Shown here: piece after piece, positions 56,514 to 64,000 of the stretch
Layout: each line of letters starts with the position of its first letter
Numbering within the stretch: position 1 is the stretch's first letter
Assembly: GCF_025526975.1 (NCBI RefSeq)
Contig: NW_026515673.1
Span: forward strand, 868,001 to 932,000
DNA length: 64,000 nt
Source: Fimicolochytrium jonesii
Taxonomy: Eukaryota
Direction of reading: 5' to 3'
Translations under genes and position numbers: made by a program
Notes under the pieces: generated by a model
Database searches by the model: none
The model's input: the letters and a program-made list of their open reading frames with translations, nothing else
What the model was told of the DNA's origin: nothing

Positions 56514-57612
56514 CTACAAAAACCCCCCCTTCTCCAAGTAATCCAAGCCCATCCATGCCGTCTGCACACTCGGCAGCATCATCTCCCCGCGTAATATGAT
56601 ATCTTTCAAATCCCGGATGTCGACGTTGCGCCGGATTTCGATGAGTTCTACATAAAATATCGCGTTAAGTGAGAAATCTCTCGGGGTGATGTTGGAATGG
56701 AATGTGACTACGGGTTACCTTCAGCATCCCTCGCCCGCGGATGTTCATCATACACCGGGTCAAGCACCAAAAACGGAATAAACCGGTTTCGTGACCATTT
56801 CACCTAGTCGTACCCCATAGCTGTCAGTTCTACACCCTTGCCGGACCGCGAAGAGCGATACTGAAAGGGGAAGCGGATGCACCAACCTCGCCAATCCCGT
56901 CATGATCCTGTGGTAAGAGGGAGATCCATTCTCCGCCTGTTAATCGCATTTCTTCTGAGAGTTCTTGTTTTGACGTATCCAGAATCCTACACCAATGAAC
57001 ATCAGTGACACATATATTTCAAACCCATCTGCTGTATGGCGGGTGTGAAAGACTCACGTCTGATGTTTCTTTTGATCAAAACCTCCCGCCGCAAACGTGT
57101 ATTTGAGGTCGTTGGTGCCTTGTGCGTATTCGATTATCAGACACGTTGTTTTCTGCAAAATCGGTGGTCTCAGTATCAGGGGTGGAAACGGGAGAGGAAT
57201 GGTGGGGACTTACTGATTGGGTATCGAACGGGAAGACGACCGAAAAGGCCGGGTTGGGCGTATCATGTCCAACTACATCCCTACAAAAAGAATCGCGTCA
57301 ACACCCCCTCCCCGCCTCCCTCCCCCACCCCAACAGCCCCCATCCCCGCACACCTTACCAGTCAATAACCCGCCCATCAGGATACCGCACCTTCCTATTC
57401 CACACGGACAGGTACCGTCTATACGCCTCTTTCTCTTCGACGACGGGGAAGCGTTCGTCGCGCAGGATGAGGGTGTGGAGGTCTATGAAGGATTGACCGG
57501 GTGGCGGGAAGGTTGGTTTGGGTGGGAGGGAGGGGTTCATTGGGTGGGGTTTGTGGGTGGAAATGCGGGATGGGAGGCGCTTGAGGGGCTGGATGGGGAG
57601 GCGGGGGGGCAT
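56514..57612 (-). CDS. Nudix hydrolase family protein, multi-exon
   Basis: Spliced 'YRRYLSVWNRKVRYPDGRVIDWDVVGH...FSVVFPFD...LIIEYAQG...QELSEECELTGGEW...KWSRNRFIPFL...RARDAEELIEI' contains a Nudix-box-like ELSEE. Confidence 0.78.
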
Positions 57613-57926
57613 GCTGGGAAAAAGTTCGTGAGTTTTTGTGATATGCAACAAGACTTGGGAGAGAGAGCGGTCGTCTTTTACCAAGGGCTAAGTAACTGGC
57701 GTGAAAGAAAGAAAGACGGAAAGAAAGACGCTGCGAGCGGACTTTCTAGAACTCGTGCAGGAATGGAGGTGACGTGTGCGAGATCGGCGTGTCCAGCCTG
57801 TCGGACACTTCTGTGGGCGTCCCCTTTTGCCCTCTTTCCCGAGGTGTTCTTTTTCAGAAACGGACGCCTGTTTCTTTCGGCAAGCAAGCAGGCCAACTCC
57901 TTCACTCGCCGCCCTGACCCTCCCAC

Positions 57927-60396
57927 ATGTCAAACAGCACCACCCGCTTCACTCTAGTCGCCGCCGCCCTACGCAACGGCGGCGGCATCGGCGTCAACAA
58001 CTGCCTGCCGTGGCGAATTCCTGGCGACATGACCTTCTTCCAGAAAGTCACAACCTGGCTAGGACGGGGCTCGTCGCAGCCTTTCACACACAACACAGAA
58101 CATGGCGATGCGACGTCTCCTCTCAATGTGGTTATTATGGGACGCAAGACGTGGGACTCGATACCGGCGCGGTTCAGGCCTTTGAAGGGGAGACTGAATA
58201 TTGTGTTGTCGAGACAGTCTCGGCTGAGGGATGCTATCCGGAGGTAAATTTCGAAGGAAGACATAGGTCTGAGCCTCTGCGGTACACGACGTTCTTCCTG
58301 GACACGACCTTAATGTAACCCACCAGTCTCGCCCCGCAGTTCCAGCATCCACGACAGCCCCGCGTACAGCTTCCCTACCCTCGAATCCGCCCTCGCCTAC
58401 CTGCAATCCATACCCCATAGCGCCATCTTCATCATCGGCGGAGCCCAACTCTACGCGAACTGCATAACCCATCACCAATGCGAGCGGATCCTGCTGACAG
58501 CCGTCGACCCACCCAACCCGATTGAATGCGACGCGTTCTTCCCGGAGATTCCTAGCGATCTGTTTAGATTGGCGAGTGGGAGAGAGTTTGCGAATGTGGT
58601 GGGGCAAGAGTACCCGGACGGGATTCGTGCGGAAAACGGGTATGGGTATGAGTTCCAGATGTGGGTTCGGCGCGATGATGAAAGGCAACGAACTGCCCGA
58701 GCGCCGTCAGAATTGCCGGTAGATCTCGCAACGTGCTCCTCCGACCGAGCCCACGGCCGAACAAGCCGACACCCCTTCCCCGACCCCTCCGTCTCTGCAA
58801 TCACCCCAGCGTCACAGACCCCACACGGCGCATCCTACTCTCTATCAAACTCCCACCCATTGCTCTCACTCCAAATCGACCCTTCGCTGGTCTGGCACCC
58901 CTCCGACATGTCCGTGCCGTCCACCATCCTCCCCAACGACCTCCTCCTCCTCGGCGGCGCCAACGCTCCGCCAGAGGGAGCTTACACCCCGCTGTTCACG
59001 CCGGAGAAAAGTGAACAGAGTTTTAGGACTGCGAGGTCGTCCGCTGGTAAAAGTGGGATACCTTCACCATCAGGAAGTGACCATCGCCGGGAGGAATCGA
59101 CACCGTGGGAAGGCTTCAACAGCACATTGGGCTCGACACCCAGTGAGCGGGCTGCCCGGAGCGATTCGTCGAGGAGGGATCATGACGGGGATAGAACAGT
59201 CACCTGTGAATCGAACTCGGTGTATGATTCGCTGATGATGCGTGTCCAGGAGGTGTTGATGCTCGAGGACCAGGAGAGTGCGGATGAAGAGGTGGTGGTG
59301 GATCCGGAAACGAGTTTGTTGCAGAAGGTGCACGAGATTTTGCAGGGGGGTGAGGGAGTTACTATCGTGGGTATGCGAGAGGGTGCAGTTGCGCAAAGGA
59401 GGTCGAATCAACAGCCGATTGCCCTGGATGTATCTGGCCATCGAGACCACTCCGCCCGTCGGGATAACGACCAAGGAGATGAACAACAAGACGACTTCCC
59501 CCACTCAGACCCCCTCCCCGGCCAAACCAACATCGACTTCTCCCTCGCGGACGGCACGATGGCCATGTCGGACGTTGCGGCCGCCGTGCATGCCAAAACA
59601 ACGGTTAGGTCGAGACAGCCCACGCGGTACGGGGAATGGAATGCGCTGCGTGAGTTGGGTGGTACGAGGCGGGATGTGGGGGGTAGACCGGTTGTGGGAG
59701 GGTTAGCTGGTGCCCCGCCGCCACCTGTGAGAGGAACAGTGAGGGAAAGGCCCGTGGATCCGTCTATATGGGTGCCGCGGATCGAGTATGAGTCGTTTGT
59801 GAGCAATGGGGGGGAGGATAGTGTTGCTGAGGTATTGTTGCAAATCAGAAGAGTTGGGTCTTGAACTTGGGGTTCGGGCGGGGAACTGATGGTTTTCTTT
59901 ATGATGTTTGTAGCATGAACTTGCCCCCATCTTGGCGAAATACGCGGCTATCACTGCGGCCGGCCGGCGGCAACCGTCCTTGTATCAACATTCAAAGCAA
60001 GTGTTACACCAAAACCATGTTGGGCAGCGGTCAGCGGGACCAGCCGGGCAGTTCCCGCCTCACGAAATCCACCGCCCAACCTCCCTCAGCAGTGACGAGG
60101 AGGACTACGACTCGTACACGGCCCCACCGTCCGCCATAAATCTGACCAATATGGACAGCACAACCTTCGCCGACCAGCTCTCCCTTGCGAGTATGGAGTA
60201 TATGAAGCGGTATGGGCTCGCTGGGGCTGGCGGTAGCGGTGCGCAATCGGAAAAATTGGGGAAGGAGGCAGCGGGTACAAACGCATCGGTGCAAAGATTG
60301 CGCTCGGTGCAACGTGAGCAGCTGAGTAAAGTGTTGGATGTGGAGCGGATTAGGAGGTTGCCGAAGTTGGGGATGCCTGGGCCGAGGAGGGGGTGA
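57927..60396 (+). CDS. Dihydrofolate reductase fused in frame to a STIL/Ana2/SAS-5-like C-terminal region (exons 57927-58243, 58340-59852, 59914-60396; 770 aa)
   Basis: DHFR motifs 'GIGVNNCLPWRIPGDMTFF', 'NVVIMGRKTWDSIP..FRPLKGRLNIVLSR', 'IFIIGGAQLY', 'CDAFFP', 'YEFQMWVR' with no stop afterwards. C-terminal 'LSLASMEYMKRYGL' and 'VLDVERIRRLPKL'. Confidence 0.75.
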
Positions 60397-60581
60397 CGGG
60401 ATTCATGCATAGACTAGCGTGGTCATATCTGCATTTCATGTACTGCAGTCCGCCCCAAATCTCCGCTGCTCTATAACTTCCATAAAAGCCTGGTCGTTGC
60501 CGTCGGCCATCCAGAAGTCTTTGTATATATATAATTTCGCAAATATCTCTGCTGCCTCTCCAGACCCCCGACGAGAACAAT

Positions 60582-60783
60582 TCAGCGGAGAGAACCGTCC
60601 TTTTTCTTCACGAATAAGACTGGCGCACCGACAGGGGACTTTGAGGGTTTGATGAATCCTTTGGCAAGGTTTTCTTCGAGGTATTCGCAGAGTGCTTTCA
60701 TTTCTGGTTCGCTGAGGTTGTAGATCGGGCCGAAAGGTGGCTGCTTGCCTTCTTCCAGATCGATAGGACAGTCGTAGGGCCAT
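60582..60783 (-). mobile_element. Ty3/gypsy LTR-retrotransposon relic (start of RT domain)
   Basis: '[65 protein letters not shown]' is truncated just before the usual CVDYR. No LTRs seen. Confidence 0.88.
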
Positions 60784-60871
60784 TTCTGAGCCTCAATGAT
60801 ATCCACTCCGCTTCATGACGTTGGATTAATATACTGTATATGTACAAACCGGGTAACGCGCTTCCATGCGA

Positions 60872-63723
60872 TTACTTCCAATTAGAAGACGCAGCCTCAA
60901 GGAATCCTTTCTCGATGAGCTGGAGCATATCTGCCTGATGCGGTAGGAGCTGCGTAGGAGAACCTTTATGTTGGATGCCTGGTGACACAAAAAGAGTGCT
61001 CTTCGCCAGATCTGCTTACCTTGAAGACCGGACGTTTAGGCGCCCCTGGGTCTATTTTCCCATTCTGAAAGAAAGGATGTTATGAGTGCTTAGCGACTTG
61101 TGAACATTTTTGCGTTGACGAGAATGCCGGAGCTTGAACGGTACCTTGTGGCTGGCAGAGTATGTCCCCAGATCCTGCTCCCACTTGGCGAGGGCCACCC
61201 GATGCACTTTCCGCCGTTGAATCAGGTCTGTTAGGACTACGTTGCGCTTGATGTCGCTGGATAACACGCATAAACGTTATATCAGTGCCTCGGCTCATAT
61301 GAGGGTCTTTCGAACTCGACGGACTCACCCCGTAACATTCAACGGAATCTTATCCCCATGATCATCCTTCCTCGACTTCCCCCTCGACCTATGCGTTCAC
61401 ACCACAACCCATCAACAAACGCACGCTTCCAACCAAGAATCTCCATCTTACTGACTTCTTGCTCTTCCCCTTATCCTTCTTATCATCCGCATCGGCGCCC
61501 TTCCGTTGGTTCCACCACGCGGGTTCGAGCTTGTCCCAGTATTTGCACACGACGTCCACTTGCGCGTTGCGGATTGCGTGCCAGGCTAGGACGATGTTTT
61601 GGGCTTTTACGACTGTGAGGAGTGTCAGAGACGATGAGATGTTGCGGGTTTGGATCGTGGTGTGGGAGGGGGAAAGGGGTGTACGTACCAGAGAATCGAT
61701 ACTTCTTGACGACCTTCATGAGACGGGACACGTCGTAGACGTCGCGCAGGAATTGGCGGATCGTGTCGGCGGCTAGGTGCCGCTGGAGCTCGCGGCGGCG
61801 GGCGACGTATTTCCGGAAGACACTGTCGAATGGAAGTTGTGAGATGTCTGGTATGCGATGACATGAGCACCAAATCCCCCCGGACGTACACGGCGATCTT
61901 CGCCAACGCAGTAATCTTATCCGCCTCCTGCTTCTTCCGGATGTATCTCCGCCACGTCCGCTGGATGAGACGTGCCAAGTGGCCATGGAGGTAGTTGATT
62001 GCGCGGCGTTGGCGTTCGGTCTATAAACCACCGCCGAGAATGAGTAAGCTTGCGTATGGTGACCGCCGGACATGGGTAAACGAACCTCGAGAACGATCTG
62101 AATCATCGTCATCCGGCTAGCGACGGCGGTGAGCATGAACCACTTCTTTTGCATGGCTTCGCCTCGGCCTAGTTGCTCTTTTTCTTTTAGACGTAACGCT
62201 TCCTGCGATTGTCGATGTGTACCATGGACCGGTCAGAATGCTGTTCAATCAGTTTATGCAGAGTTGCTACTCACTACGGCCGTCTCTTTTTTGGCCAGAG
62301 CTGCCATCTTCTCTCGCCATTTTTCCAGGTCCTGTGCTCGCTTCCGGGATCGGATCTCTTGCATGTGGTGACTTCTTTGCTCTCTCTGGGAAGAGAGTGC
62401 ATAATCAGTCACGAACTTGCCAGCGGGCGGATTCCAATGCGTTGCTGACTTACAGCGCTTGCCAGCCTTTGCCGCCGAACTTGAGGCAGTTGCTCTTGCA
62501 CTGTTAGCTTGTTGGCTCGCACCATATCCGCTGGAGCCGTTCGCGCACGATTCAAGTCCATCGCTCGGTAATCCGCTGTATCAAAACAAAAGTTGCCTCT
62601 TTAGTCATCATAACGGCCTCGTCGAACAAGCCCGCAATCCTCAACTCACATATCCGATTCTGGAACAAATCCCACTCAGACTGATTCGTCTTCAGCGTCT
62701 CTATCCGCTTCTCCAGTTCCGCTGCTATCACCCGTATCGGCTTCCTGCCCGCCAGCGTCTTGTTCTCGAGCTGCATGTCAAACATGGGCGATTGGTGATG
62801 GGTGGCGGTGGTGGGCGATTTTTCGGCCTTGCGGCGCTTTCCGCCTTTGTCCAGATCCCCGGCTAAAAGGGAGGTGGTGCTCTGTGTTCGGTCGTCGAAG
62901 TTCTTTGCTCGCTCTATGCATTCATAATGAACGTTTCTGAGTTCCCGGTCCTGGAAAACGCAAAGCCTGAGTTTTATAACTCACCAAAAAGCTTCTGAAT
63001 ATCCAGCAGGTTCCTCTCGAACCCTCCATGTCTATCATCAGTATCGAAACTATACAACGCTCTATCATGTGCCCGGAGGTTCCCGCGTCCATTCCCTCCA
63101 TATCCCCGACCTTCCGGCCCCATAGCCTTGTTCAGCAACCCGATAATCGCGTCCAGTCTCACGTTCTGCTGCAAAATCGGGGTCGAGATCGTTGGCATCC
63201 TATACGGCCCCCCCGTCTCTGGCGGTGGTGGGTACGGAATCGTCTTTGCGCCATTTGCATCGTCGCTCCATATGCTCTCGCTCGGCTGCGCATCTTCCTC
63301 ATTTGCCGATCGCTGATGTTGCGATATCCCCAACGCCGCAGGCGCAATCAACGCCTCTAGGTCCCGTTTCCCTAGATTCGTGGAGGTCCCACTTGCGATA
63401 AGTCGTTGGACCAGTGTTTGTACATCCTGACTGCCTAATTGCATTTTGTATATCGACCCCGGCCGGCTCCTCCGCATGCGTCCGGGCAATTCGCCCAACA
63501 TTCCGGGAACTCTCGTCGCCCCGTACCCATTGGCGGGGGCATCGCGAGTCGGGCTAAATGCCGCCAAAGGGGTTTCCCCGGACTTCTGGGCGGTGACGCC
63601 TAGAGGTAATCGGTAGGCATTTTGATCTATATCCCTTGGGTTCTCATTCTGGGTCTTGTTTGCAGCGTCCAAATGCCGTCCGCCTATTTGAGGGAGATAC
63701 GCCGTCTGAGAGACTGCTGTCAT
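60872..63723 (-). CDS. IQ-motif / coiled-coil protein of unknown function, multi-exon
   Basis: IQ motifs 'ARLIQRTWRRYIRK' and 'AADTIRQFLR', charged coiled-coil exons, GT-AG introns, stop at 60872. Confidence 0.65.
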
Positions 63724-64000
63724 TGTGAATCGATCTGCGGGTTGAAGTTAGGGCTTGTCCGTCACATTGAAAACATATGAGTGTATGCATTGTTTACTCA
63801 CAGTAACTCCAATGAACCAGCGGGCTGCAAGGCTTGCTTGGGATTTTCTACTGTCAATATATATACAGTCTGCCGGAAAGTTGGTTTTTCCATGATGACA
63901 CTGATGCGTTTCGAGATGCCCGACGAGGGAAAGAATATCGACACCGCGAAGGTCTGATTACATAAGCACAATGAACTGCATCTGACGGGGCCTCCGAAAA

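Overview
Eukaryotic, intron-rich and gene-dense fungal DNA with short GT-AG introns. It is most consistent with a flagellated chytrid, inferred from animal-like genes absent from yeasts: STIL-like motifs, a MICAL monooxygenase, a Treslin-type N-terminus and Rab18. About 20 protein-coding genes are supported: PTPA (truncated), mitochondrial EF-G2, DUF1499-like, TMEM115, VPS39, TrpRS, thiolase, MICAL-like, Rab18, F-box, GDSL lipase, a TM-sensor-TM-HAMP protein, TRM2, Treslin/Sld3, MCM5, NOP9, BUD20, fumarate reductase-cytochrome b5, Nudix, DHFR and an IQ protein. There is also a frameshifted trypsin-like pseudogene, a complete 2,217-bp PIF/Harbinger transposon (21-bp TIRs, AAT TSD) inserted inside a unit of a ~44-bp repeat array, a 213-bp MITE and a Ty3/gypsy RT relic. 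The most striking observation is a DHFR domain with no stop codon that continues in frame, through a clean 3-exon model (770 aa), into a protein ending in STAN- and TIM-like motifs of the centriole-duplication factor STIL/Ana2/SAS-5. All family assignments are from motif recognition by eye, not database searches. Exon boundaries are manual.
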